Shown: positions 26,681 through 34,916 of the stretch, piece by piece
How the letters are laid out: every line of letters begins with the position of its first letter
Position numbering within the stretch: the first letter of the stretch is position 1
Source: an uncultured Anaerolineaceae bacterium
GTDB taxonomy: Bacteria > Chloroflexota > Limnocylindria > Limnocylindrales > CSP1-4
Assembly (NCBI GenBank): GCA_964427285.1
Contig: CAYRTS010000001.1
Coordinates: 31,471-95,470 of the forward strand
Direction: 5' to 3'
Length of the DNA: 64,000 bases
Translations under genes and position numbers: made by a program
The notes under the pieces: model-generated
Database searches by the model: none
Seen by the model: the letters and a program-made list of their open reading frames with translations, nothing else
Told to the model about the DNA's origin: nothing

Positions 26681-26753
26681 GCCCCGATAGTAGGCAACCT
26701 GGCCTGAGCCGGTGCGAGCTGGGGTGGATTGAAACGCCCGGGTACGGGCGCGG

Positions 26754-27128
26754 TCACATCGCGTGGCGATGGTGACGGAGCCGGTCCCCGGGCTCGACGA
26801 CCACAAGGTCGAAGCGCAATGGCAGGAACGGCAGGACGAATCCGTCGGGAAGCGCGCCGAGCTCCAGGAGGCCGTAGGCCGCGGCGCGTACGCGGATCCG
26901 CTTCCGGGCATCGACGGTTTCCTCCGGCAGGCCGAAGCCGCGACTCGAGCGCATGCGCACCTCAACGACCACCAGCATTCGGGGCGGACCGGGATCAACG
27001 GCTACGAGGTCCAGTTCGTATCGCCCGACGCGGACGTTCCGGCCCAGGATTGACCAGCCAGCGGCCACCAGGCGACCCGCGACGGCCGCTTCCGCAGCAT
27101 CGCCCAAGCGCTGGGCATCAGTGCGCAT
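26754..27128 (-). CDS. yraN: YraN-family (UPF0102) endonuclease-like protein
   Basis: 124 aa. Sequence GDAAEAAVAGRLVAAGWSILGRNVRVGRYELDLVA...VVEVR is typical of YraN. It lies next to rnhB, as in many genomes. Confidence 0.88.
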   Translation of the reverse strand: MRTDAQRLGDAAEAAVAGRLVAAGWSILGRNVRVGRYELDLVAVDPGPPRMLVVVEVRMRSSRGFGLPEETVDARKRIRVRAAAYGLLELGALPDGFVLPFLPLRFDLVVVEPGDRLRHHRHAM

Positions 27129-27209
27129 GGACAGACCCTAGCGGCGGCTGCTCACCTGGCGCTTATCCGCCGATCCAGACGACCCACGGGTCCTGAGAGC
27201 CGTGGTGGG

Positions 27210-27989
27210 CTAGCTGACTGCCGCCTCGACACGGTCCGCCTCTGATTCGGTCCTGGGCTCCAGTTCGATCCCGGAGATCGGCGCATCTGGACGGTCCGGG
27301 ATCTCACGGTCGAACTCGAACCCAGCGAGCCCTTCATCGAACAAATCCAGTGAACCCTGGTCGCCGGCGAGCGTCCGCTGGAGCGCGAGGAAGGATCGCC
27401 GATGGAACGCCGTCAGCCCGAGGCGGCGGATGGCCCGTCGGTGCTCGAGCGTGGCGTAGCCCTGGTTGCGCTCCCAGCCGTAGCCCGGGTGGCGGGCGGC
27501 CAACTTCGTCATCATCCGGTCGCGCAGCACCTTGGCCACGATCGAGGCACAGGCGATCGAGTAGACCCGCGCGTCGCCATCAACCACGTTGGTATACGGT
27601 CCGACCTGGGCCTCGAACCCGGCGATCCGGTTGCCATCCACCAGGACGTGCTCGTGGCCGCCGACCCGGGCGACGGCGCGGCGCATGGCGAGGTGGGTCG
27701 CGTGGTAGATGTTGAGTTGGTCGATTTCACGAACCGACGCGGCACCTACCCCGATCGCCATGGCGCGCGCCCGGATCCGCGGCTCAAGTCGTTCGCGCTG
27801 GGCGGCCGATAACGTCTTGGAATCTCGAACGCCCGGGATCCGGTGGCAGTTTGGCCGCATGATCACCGCGGCCGCGACCACGGCCCCGCAGGTCGGCGCA
27901 ACGCCGACCTCATCCACTCCTACGACGCGGATGAGGCCCTCACGCCAGAATCGACGCTCGTAGGCAAGGGTCGGGATGATGGGCGCCAT
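27210..27989 (-). CDS. rnhB: ribonuclease HII with an atypical GRG motif and an acidic C-terminal tail
   Basis: 259 aa. Conserved motifs: GVDEVG, RDSKTLS, IDQLNIYHATHLAM, VDGN, ASIVAKVLRD, YGWERNQGYAT. The usual GRG after DEVG is GVA here. Confidence 0.9.
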   Translation of the reverse strand: MAPIIPTLAYERRFWREGLIRVVGVDEVGVAPTCGAVVAAAVIMRPNCHRIPGVRDSKTLSAAQRERLEPRIRARAMAIGVGAASVREIDQLNIYHATHLAMRRAVARVGGHEHVLVDGNRIAGFEAQVGPYTNVVDGDARVYSIACASIVAKVLRDRMMTKLAARHPGYGWERNQGYATLEHRRAIRRLGLTAFHRRSFLALQRTLAGDQGSLDLFDEGLAGFEFDREIPDRPDAPISGIELEPRTESEADRVEAAVS

Positions 27990-28040
27990 TGCCGGTCAGG
28001 GTAGCGGACTCGCTGGCCGTCGCTCCGACGACGGTGGGGA

Positions 28041-28391
28041 TCAGCTGCGGGTGCGGCGCTCGCGCAGCGTGGCGGCCTTGCCGACTCGATCGCGCAGGAA
28101 GTAGAGCTGCGCTCGCCGGGCGACGCCGTGACGCACGACCTCGATTTTCTCGATCCGCGGGCTATTGATCTTGAATGTCCGCTCCACGCCGACGCCGGAC
28201 GCGATCCGCCGGACCGTGATGGACCGGGTGATCCCGCCGCCGCGGAGGCGCATCACCGTGCCCTCGAACACCTGAATCCGTTCACGCGTGCCCTCGATGA
28301 CTTTCGCGGACACCTTGACCGTATCCCCGCTCGCTAGCTCGGGCAGGTCCGTTCGGAGCTGGTTCTGGACGATCTCGTCGAGCACGTTCAC
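28041..28391 (-). CDS. rplS: 50S ribosomal protein L19
   Basis: 116 aa with a GTG start. Sequence [52 protein letters not shown]. Confidence 0.96.
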   Translation of the reverse strand: MNVLDEIVQNQLRTDLPELASGDTVKVSAKVIEGTRERIQVFEGTVMRLRGGGITRSITVRRIASGVGVERTFKINSPRIEKIEVVRHGVARRAQLYFLRDRVGKAATLRERRTRS

Positions 28392-28482
28392 GCGGTGGTT
28401 CCTGACTCGGCTTGGCAGCCTGTGGCTGCGGGGCGAATGACGCTGGGACGTAGCGCGCGGCGCGCGGGCCCGTCGGCGGCGG

Positions 28483-28492
28483 AGTATAGCAC
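28483..28492 (-). promoter_or_regulatory. extended -10 promoter candidate for rplS (GTGC-TATACT-CCGCC)
   Basis: Minus strand reads cGTGCTATACTCCGCCGCCg about 90 nt upstream of the rplS GTG, in the 234-nt trmD-rplS spacer. Confidence 0.5.
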
Positions 28493-28625
28493 GGGCTCAG
28501 GCGCCGTCCGGGTCGGAACGCAGATCGGGTCGACTGATCGGAGTCGGCCGAACACACCTGTGGCGATCCTGCCAACTGGGAGTTGAGCCTTCAGCACCAA
28601 CATGCGCGATCAGGCCACCACAGTG

Positions 28626-29363
28626 TCATCTGGGTGCCGGACGACGAGGCACTCGTTCTATTCGTACAACTGAGGGTTGATCCTGAGGCATAGCACCCAT
28701 CACTAGATCGGGTCGGCGCGTTCGGGTCCGTTCGAGTGCCTGCTCGTGGCGCCAGCGAGCGACCGCCCCGTGATCCCCCGAGCTGAGTACGGCGGGCACG
28801 TCCATGCCCCGAAAGACCGGTGGCCGGGTGTATTGGGGGTATTCGAGCAGGCCGGCGGTAAATGACTCCTCCGTCGTGGACGCCTCCTCGATGGCGCCCG
28901 GCAGAAGACGGATGGTCGCATCAATGACCACCAGTGCTGGCAGCTCGCCGCCCGTCAGGACGTAGTCACCGATCGACAACTCCAGGTCGACCAGCGAGCG
29001 GATGCGCTCGTCGACGCCTTCGTAGCGCGGGCACACCAGGATCAGGTGGGGCCGCTGCGCCAGTTCCCCGGCGATCGCCTGGGTAAAGACGCGGCCGACA
29101 GGGTCGAGCAGGATCACCGTCGATTCCGGCCGCCGCAAGGTATCGAGCGCGGCCGCGACCGGCTCCGGCCGCAGGATCATGCCCGCCCCTCCGCCATACG
29201 GCGCGTCGTCGACAGATCGATGCCGCCCGAGGCCCCACTCGCGCAGGTCATGGACCCTGACCACAGCCAGACCCTGCGTCTGGATCCGCGCCGGGATGCT
29301 GTCCGACAGCGGGCCCGCGATCATGGCCGGGAACAGGGTCAGGATGTCGATCTCGAGGGTCAC
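28626..29363 (-). CDS. trmD: tRNA (guanine37-N1)-methyltransferase
   Basis: 245 aa. Motifs DDAPYGGGAGMIL and SIGDYVLTGGELPALVVIDA. Confidence 0.95.
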   Translation of the reverse strand: MTLEIDILTLFPAMIAGPLSDSIPARIQTQGLAVVRVHDLREWGLGRHRSVDDAPYGGGAGMILRPEPVAAALDTLRRPESTVILLDPVGRVFTQAIAGELAQRPHLILVCPRYEGVDERIRSLVDLELSIGDYVLTGGELPALVVIDATIRLLPGAIEEASTTEESFTAGLLEYPQYTRPPVFRGMDVPAVLSSGDHGAVARWRHEQALERTRTRRPDLVMGAMPQDQPSVVRIERVPRRPAPR

Positions 29364-30034
29364 GTTCCGGGGGCCCCGGTTTCCGCCGACGGGTCGGGTT
29401 GTGCGGTCAGGCCCGGTTCGGTCGTCAGGCCCGGTTCGGCCGGTTCCGCCGCCCCCGGCGAGGACGTCGGCGCGAGGCCACGCGGGCGTCGACGCGGGGC
29501 CCTGGGTCGTGGCTCGCCCGGATCCCGGGTTCGCGCGGGACGGAGATCCAGCGACTCAGCGTCCACCACGATCTCGCCCCGACGCGGTGCGAAGATCCGG
29601 ATGAAGGCCCGAACGGCCGGCAGGTCAAAACTGCCCACCGGTCCGCCGCCGACCACGAACACCTCGGTTTCGCCGACCCGGTAGATGTCCTGGACCGTTC
29701 CGAGTTCGATGCCGTCAACACCGCGGACGGGCGTCCCGATCACCTCGTGCCAGTAGTAGGAACCCCGTGTCAGATCCTCCTCGGGCGGCACGATCGCCTC
29801 GAGATAGGCATTCCGGAGCGTGTCGGCGGCATCACGCGTCGTCACCTCCCGGAACTGCACCCGCCAGCCTGGGCCATCCACGATCTCCTCGGCACTCGCG
29901 ACCGTGAGGGGCGCCAGGCCACCCTCGCGGTAGAGGGTGGCGCCGGGCCCGAACCGCGCCTCGGGGCGGTCGGTCAGGATTTCCACCCTGACCGCACCAC
30001 GGAGCCCGTGGACGCCCCGGACGAGGGCGACCAC
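29360..30034 (-). CDS. rimM: 16S rRNA processing protein RimM with a Pro-rich repeated tail
   Basis: 224 aa. Sequence VRGVHGLRGAVRVEILTDRPEARF. The tail contains EPGLT twice, from an 18-nt tandem duplication at 29405-29438. Confidence 0.9.
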   Translation of the reverse strand: MVALVRGVHGLRGAVRVEILTDRPEARFGPGATLYREGGLAPLTVASAEEIVDGPGWRVQFREVTTRDAADTLRNAYLEAIVPPEEDLTRGSYYWHEVIGTPVRGVDGIELGTVQDIYRVGETEVFVVGGGPVGSFDLPAVRAFIRIFAPRRGEIVVDAESLDLRPARTRDPGEPRPRAPRRRPRGLAPTSSPGAAEPAEPGLTTEPGLTAQPDPSAETGAPGT

Positions 30035-30048
30035 CAGCCGTTCGTCGC

Positions 30049-30282
30049 TCAGAGGATTTCGAGCTGGACCAGCTCGCCGTCGCGCGCAGCGGTCACCTTG
30101 AGCAGGGTGCGCAGCGCCTTGGCGACGCTGCCATTGCGCCCGATGACCTTGCCCATGTCGTCCTCGGCGACATGGAGCTCGATCACGGTGGTGCCGTCCT
30201 CGTCGATGACGTCCACGGTGACGGCCGCAGGGTCATCGACCAGCGCCTTGGCGACATACTCGACCAGGTCCCTGGCTGCCAT
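30049..30282 (-). CDS. ylqC: KH-domain RNA-binding protein (YlqC/UPF0109)
   Basis: 77 aa. Sequence DDMGKVIGRNGSVAKALRTLL (GxxG loop). It sits in the conserved slot between rpsP and rimM. Confidence 0.9.
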   Translation of the reverse strand: MAARDLVEYVAKALVDDPAAVTVDVIDEDGTTVIELHVAEDDMGKVIGRNGSVAKALRTLLKVTAARDGELVQLEIL

Positions 30283-30291
30283 CGCGGCCGC

Positions 30292-30546
30292 CTACTTCGC
30301 CGCGGGCACGATGCCCGCTTTGCGAAAGAGTCGAAGGACGGTGTCCGAGGGCTGGGCGCCATTGGCCATCCAGGCCTTCGCCTTGTCGGCGTCGACCTGG
30401 AACTCGACCGGATCCGTCCGAGGGTTGTAGTGGCCGAGCGTCTCGATGGATCGGCCGTCGCGGGCACTGCGGCCGTCCGCCACGACGACCCGATAGGTTG
30501 GCTGCTTGGTCGCGCCGACGCGCGTGAGCCGGATTCGAACTGCCAT
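30292..30546 (-). CDS. rpsP: 30S ribosomal protein S16
   Basis: 84 aa. Sequence [24 protein letters not shown]. Confidence 0.96.
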   Translation of the reverse strand: MAVRIRLTRVGATKQPTYRVVVADGRSARDGRSIETLGHYNPRTDPVEFQVDADKAKAWMANGAQPSDTVLRLFRKAGIVPAAK

Positions 30547-30564
30547 GGGCTACTGGTTCCTCCT

Positions 30565-32388
30565 CTACTTGACCGTGACGATGAATGTCGATCGATTCAG
30601 GTCGCCCTCGATCGAGGTCAATCCGGCGATCGCATCAAAAGGAACGAGGAAGGGTTTGATCTCCTCCTCGTAGGTGGCCAGGGCCGAGGGGTCGGCGTTG
30701 GCCATGGCGGACTCGAGCAGCTCGCGGATCGAGCTGATGTCGAGGAACCCGAAGCCATTCCCCTCCCCGAGCCGAGCTGCCGGCGCCTTGTAGCGCTCGT
30801 TCGCGGCGATCGAGGTCGCCGGGGTCGTGTCGAGGACGCTCCTGACGAATGACGGCGATGAGCCCAGGATGACGACCTGGTCGGTGATCGCAAAGGCCAG
30901 CTCGGCCCGCCCGGTGGGCAGCTCTGCCCCGATCATGTCCGGCGACAAGCCCGCCATGCCGGCGAGGCCTCCGAGATCGCTGATATTGCCGAGGTCGACG
31001 ATCGTGATCGTCGCACCCGCGTAGGCTTCGTCCCGGACGGTGATGCCTGCGCTCGAGCCTCCGAGCGCGATGAGGTTCCGCAGACTCGTGAACAGCCGCT
31101 CGGCCGCCGCCCGATCCGTCGGGACGATGATCAGGCCGCCCTCGACCGTCGCCTCGGAGCGAGTCACGGTGATCCCGAAGTCGCCGATCCAGCCGATCGC
31201 CGATTCGGTCCCGCCCAGGAGGCCGACCGCCTGGTCGATCATCTCGATCGCGGGCGCCATGGCCGGGTCGGTGCGGTACGCGTCAAGGGTCTGGAGAATC
31301 GCGCGCCCATAGTCGTGGCTGATCGACAGGGCGACGGCGTTGCCCGGAACGTGGTCGGCCAGAGCGGAGGCGCGGTTGGCGGTCGGCTCCGGCCCGGACG
31401 CGGGCTTCGGCGCGACGGCTGCCAGGACCAGCGCGTCACCCTCCACGCGCAGGGCGAAGGCAGTCCAATCCGGAACGAGTCCCAGGATCGCCTCGCTGGG
31501 GAGGGCATCTGCCACCTCTGCGCCGGCGAGGCCGGTCGAGAACTCCAGCAACTGGCGCAACGCAAGGTAAACGAACCCGATGTGATCCTCGTCATTGGAG
31601 GCGAGGGCGGCTTTCATCTCCGGGGTCGACGCGAACCCGCTGGCGCCCTTCGTGTCGATCGCCGCCTTGACGGAGGCCACATCGCCCGCGACAACGACCT
31701 TGCCATCGAGGAGCGCATACGCCCCCTGTTGGCCGGCATCGGCCGCAATCAGGATCAGGGTTGCACCGCCATACGACTCGGTGGTGCCCGTCCCGCCGCC
31801 AGCCGCAATCAACGACTCGAGCCAGACCGTTGCGCCCGCCTCGTCCTTGATCGAGAGCAGGAGCAGTGCCCGCGCGCCGTCCATCGCCGCCGCGTCAGCC
31901 GCCGAAAGCTGGCTCGGGTCGGGTAACGCGCCGACGCTGAACGCAAGCTGCCCGCCAAACCAGGGCTTGATGTTCGCGCTCCAGGTCTGTTCGCCTTCGG
32001 TCAGCGCGCCGATTGCCCGGTCGAATACCTCGTCGAGCTTGGTATCGAGCGTGGACTGATCGGCGAAACCCGGGAACCTGGAGAGGAACTGGCCAAGGTT
32101 GGCGCGCTGGTCGCCGGGCAGGTCCAGCCGAACCTCGCCGTACATGAGCGAATCGGCCGGGACGTAACCGAGCACCGTGGCGTTGGCGGCCTGGCCCGTG
32201 AACAGGCCCAGCGTCAGCACGGTCGCAGCGACGACGAGCGCGACTACCCCGAGCCCGATCACCCAGCGACGACGACCGCCTCGCCCGGTGGGATCCGGCG
32301 GCAGGACCGAGGCCGCTGGCGCCGCCTCGGTGGCCGGCTCAAAGGTCTCGCCCGCGGGTCCGCCGGTCTGGTTCAGATCGTCGGTCAT
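30565..32388 (-). CDS. membrane-anchored protein of unknown function (DUF3352-like by recollection)
   Basis: 607 aa. It has one N-terminal TM segment (WVIGLGVVALVVAATVLTLGLF), then a large Ala/Gly/Leu-rich, presumably extracytoplasmic domain: YVPADSLMYGEVRLDLPGDQRANLGQFLSRFPGF.... GAGGGGA lies upstream of its ATG. The gene is wedged between ffh and rpsP with 19- and 18-nt gaps. Confidence 0.6.
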   Translation of the reverse strand: MTDDLNQTGGPAGETFEPATEAAPAASVLPPDPTGRGGRRRWVIGLGVVALVVAATVLTLGLFTGQAANATVLGYVPADSLMYGEVRLDLPGDQRANLGQFLSRFPGFADQSTLDTKLDEVFDRAIGALTEGEQTWSANIKPWFGGQLAFSVGALPDPSQLSAADAAAMDGARALLLLSIKDEAGATVWLESLIAAGGGTGTTESYGGATLILIAADAGQQGAYALLDGKVVVAGDVASVKAAIDTKGASGFASTPEMKAALASNDEDHIGFVYLALRQLLEFSTGLAGAEVADALPSEAILGLVPDWTAFALRVEGDALVLAAVAPKPASGPEPTANRASALADHVPGNAVALSISHDYGRAILQTLDAYRTDPAMAPAIEMIDQAVGLLGGTESAIGWIGDFGITVTRSEATVEGGLIIVPTDRAAAERLFTSLRNLIALGGSSAGITVRDEAYAGATITIVDLGNISDLGGLAGMAGLSPDMIGAELPTGRAELAFAITDQVVILGSSPSFVRSVLDTTPATSIAANERYKAPAARLGEGNGFGFLDISSIRELLESAMANADPSALATYEEEIKPFLVPFDAIAGLTSIEGDLNRSTFIVTVK

Positions 32389-32407
32389 GCCGTTCCCCTC
32401 TGCTGGC

Positions 32408-33739
32408 TCAACGCCGGCCGGTCAGTGCGCCGAAGGCGGCCCGTTTGCCGCCGCCGGATAGCTGCTTCATCAGTTTCTGCATCTCGCCGAATTGCTTGAC
32501 CAGGCGATTCACGTCCGGCAGGTTCGTCCCCGATCCGGCAGCGATTCGCCGGCGACGTGAGGCGTTCAGCACGTTTGGGTCACGTCGCTCCGCCCTGGTC
32601 ATGGCCCGGATGATCGCCTCGGTACGCTTCAAGTCGCCCCGGTCCACAGCCGCCTGCGCCTCGCCGGCGAGATTGCCGAGTCCTGGGATCATCGACATCA
32701 CCTGACCCAACGGTCCCATCTTCTGCATCTGCTGCATCGACTCGAGCATGTCATCGAGGGTAAACGAGGCCTTGCGGAGCTTCTCCTCGAGCTTGGCCGC
32801 CTGACCCTGATCGACGACCTCCTGGGCGCGCTCCACGAGCGTGAGAATGTCGCCCATCCCCAGGATCCGGCCAGCTAGTCGGTCGGGGTGGAAGAGCTCG
32901 AGGCCGTCTGTCTTTTCGCCGGTGCCGAGGAACTTGACCGGCATGCCGGTGACCGCCGAGATCGACAGCGCCGCGCCGCCGCGCGCATCGCCGTCGATCT
33001 TGGTCAGGATCAGCCCGCTGACCGGGACCGCGGCGGCGAAGGCCTGGGCAACCGCCACCGCCTCCTGGCCGGTCATGGCATCGACCACCAGGAGCGTCTC
33101 GACCGGCTTGACGGCCGCGTTGACCGCGGCAATCTCGGCCATCAGCGCCTCGTCCATCGACAGGCGGCCGGCGGTATCGAGGATCACCACGTCGCGAACC
33201 TGGCGCCTGGCCGCCTCAACGCCGCCGCGGGCAATCTCCACGACCGAGGTTCCAGCGGGGGCGCGGTAGACCGGAATGTTGAGGCTCTTGCCGAGCGTTT
33301 CGAGCTGGTCGGCGGCCGCCGGGCGATACGGGTCCGCGGCAACGAGCAGGGGGCGCCGGCCCAACTTCAGCACGTGCCGGGCGAGCTTGGCGGAGGATGT
33401 GGTCTTGCCGGAGCCCTGGAGCCCGACAAGCGAGATGACGGCCGGGTTGCCGCTCAGGTGGAAGGTCCGGTCGCCCGCGGACAGGAGTGCCACCAGCTCG
33501 TCATTGACGATCTTGACGACCTGCTGGCCGGCGGACAGGCTGGCCAGGATCTCCGCGCCGATCGCGCGCTCGCGGACCCGGCCGATGAACTCCTTGACAA
33601 CCTTGAAGTTGACGTCCGCCTCGAGCAGGGCGAGCCGGATGTCGCGCATGGCGGCGTCTACGTCGGCCTCGCCGATCCGGCCGCGACCGGTGAGGTTGCC
33701 GAGCGTCTTGCGCAGCCGCTCGCTCAGGGTGTCGAACAT
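32408..33739 (-). CDS. ffh: signal recognition particle protein Ffh
   Basis: 443 aa. Motifs GLQGSGKTTSSAKLA and DTAGR, plus a Met-rich M domain. Confidence 0.97.
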   Translation of the reverse strand: MFDTLSERLRKTLGNLTGRGRIGEADVDAAMRDIRLALLEADVNFKVVKEFIGRVRERAIGAEILASLSAGQQVVKIVNDELVALLSAGDRTFHLSGNPAVISLVGLQGSGKTTSSAKLARHVLKLGRRPLLVAADPYRPAAADQLETLGKSLNIPVYRAPAGTSVVEIARGGVEAARRQVRDVVILDTAGRLSMDEALMAEIAAVNAAVKPVETLLVVDAMTGQEAVAVAQAFAAAVPVSGLILTKIDGDARGGAALSISAVTGMPVKFLGTGEKTDGLELFHPDRLAGRILGMGDILTLVERAQEVVDQGQAAKLEEKLRKASFTLDDMLESMQQMQKMGPLGQVMSMIPGLGNLAGEAQAAVDRGDLKRTEAIIRAMTRAERRDPNVLNASRRRRIAAGSGTNLPDVNRLVKQFGEMQKLMKQLSGGGKRAAFGALTGRR

Positions 33740-33838
33740 GGTCCGGGCAGGACTCCGTCAGGGTGTCGAAGGTGGTGGACCGGATCGGCAGCCGACCGAA
33801 CCGGGTGGTGCGCGAGTTCTGACGCACCGAGGCCCCGG

Positions 33839-33844
33839 AGTCTA
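33839..33844 (-). promoter_or_regulatory. -10 hexamer TAGACT (ctgcgcTAGACTCCGGGgcc) upstream of ffh
   Basis: About 100 nt upstream of the ffh ATG, and nearly identical to the rpmF upstream element cgcggTAGACTCCGCCa. Confidence 0.4.
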
Positions 33845-34093
33845 GCGCAGGCTAGGGCGGATCGTCGATGCGGCAGCGTTCTCTCGCCGTCGGAGCCGAG
33901 GCTGGAGACCGGCACCTGGCGGGTCGGGGTCGACGCCGTGGCGACCTACCCGACGGTCCAACCGTGCTTCACGCAGGCCCGCGCGACCTGTAGTCGCGTC
34001 ACCTCATCTCCGCCGAGGCGCGTGGCGCCAGGCGGACATGTGGGCAAGACCCGGCTCGGGTAGACGACCGAATGGGCAGGCACGCTGACACCC

Positions 34094-34669
34094 CTACGGC
34101 ACACTCCAATACACCGATACGGTGTCGTTGCCGGCCGGGCCCGGTGTGAAGCTCACCCTCGTCGGCGAGCGGTCGTCGGCGACGAGGAAGAGCAAGCACG
34201 TCTCGAACTGCTCGCCCGGGGCCAATTCTCCGTCGGTATTGTCCGGGCACGGCGCGAAGACGTCGTCACCGTAGTTGAAGATAACGACGCTGTTGATGAG
34301 ATCGCCATCCTGGTCCTCGAGCGAGATGCCGAGCTCCCGAGTGATCGCTTGAGTCCCTCGGTTCTCAAACCGCGCGTCCACGTAGATCGGCGTCTTGGTC
34401 CGCTGATCGGGATCGATCTCGAATGCGGCCTCGAGCTCGGCGATCGTTCCCGTCCGCACGGCCAGGACCGAGATGGCGAGCGTCGTCTTGGGCCCGAACG
34501 TATCGCCGGCCACCTGGGCATGCTCGACGACCGCTTCCTCGCCCAGTGGGAGTGCGGCCACTCCCCCGCCACAGGCGGCCACGATGAGCCAGACGACGAT
34601 CCATGTGTGGCGCCGCGCCGTCCCCGTCCGCGCCGTCCCCGCCTGCGCCGTCCTCACCGGCTCCGACAT
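34094..34669 (-). CDS. predicted lipoprotein of unknown function (small beta-rich domain)
   Basis: I start it at ATG 34669 (GAGGAGGA upstream), giving 191 aa. Signal peptide with lipobox WLIVAAC-GGG. The N-terminus carries xGTAR repeats encoded by a decaying 15-nt x3 tandem repeat (34615-34659). Confidence 0.6.
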   Translation of the reverse strand: MSEPVRTAQAGTARTGTARRHTWIVVWLIVAACGGGVAALPLGEEAVVEHAQVAGDTFGPKTTLAISVLAVRTGTIAELEAAFEIDPDQRTKTPIYVDARFENRGTQAITRELGISLEDQDGDLINSVVIFNYGDDVFAPCPDNTDGELAPGEQFETCLLFLVADDRSPTRVSFTPGPAGNDTVSVYWSVP

Positions 34670-34866
34670 CCTGGTCCTCCTCATGTCAGGTGGGTTCACC
34701 CGCTGGGACGCACGATAGCGGATGGAGCGACGACTTCGTGACCGCCGGAATGGCAGTACGCCCAGAGTCGCCGTCCTCTCGAGCTTGCCGGGTAGAGCGC
34801 GGGCCAGAGAACTGACACGTGGGTGGCCGGCCGGAAGCCGGGAACGCGGGTTTGCCCCTTCGGTCA

Positions 34867-34895
34867 TTGACAACCCACCGGACGCCTGCTGAAGT
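34867..34895 (+). promoter_or_regulatory. promoter candidate TTGACA-17 nt-TGAAGT for the 398-aa ORF
   Basis: Perfect -35 at 34867-34872 and a weak -10 at 34890-34895, about 20-30 nt before the GTG 34917 / ATG 34926 starts. Confidence 0.3.
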
Positions 34896-34916
34896 GACTC
34901 GGACAAACCCGCTCTG

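Noticed and set aside
30531-30540. tRNA T-loop-like strings (ggattcgaac here; gggttcgaaca at 9096-9106; gggttcgaag on the minus strand near 2800)
   Set aside because: All lie inside well-supported CDSs, and no acceptor, anticodon or D-arm pairing can be built around them. I found no tRNA in the window.
33740-34093. 354-nt gap next to ffh, examined for SRP (4.5S) RNA, another ncRNA or a small ORF
   Set aside because: No SRP RNA domain IV-like conserved motif and only short (5-6 bp) hairpins. It is best explained as the ffh promoter and leader plus the 3' flank of the lipoprotein gene. A covariance-model scan (Rfam) would be needed to be sure.
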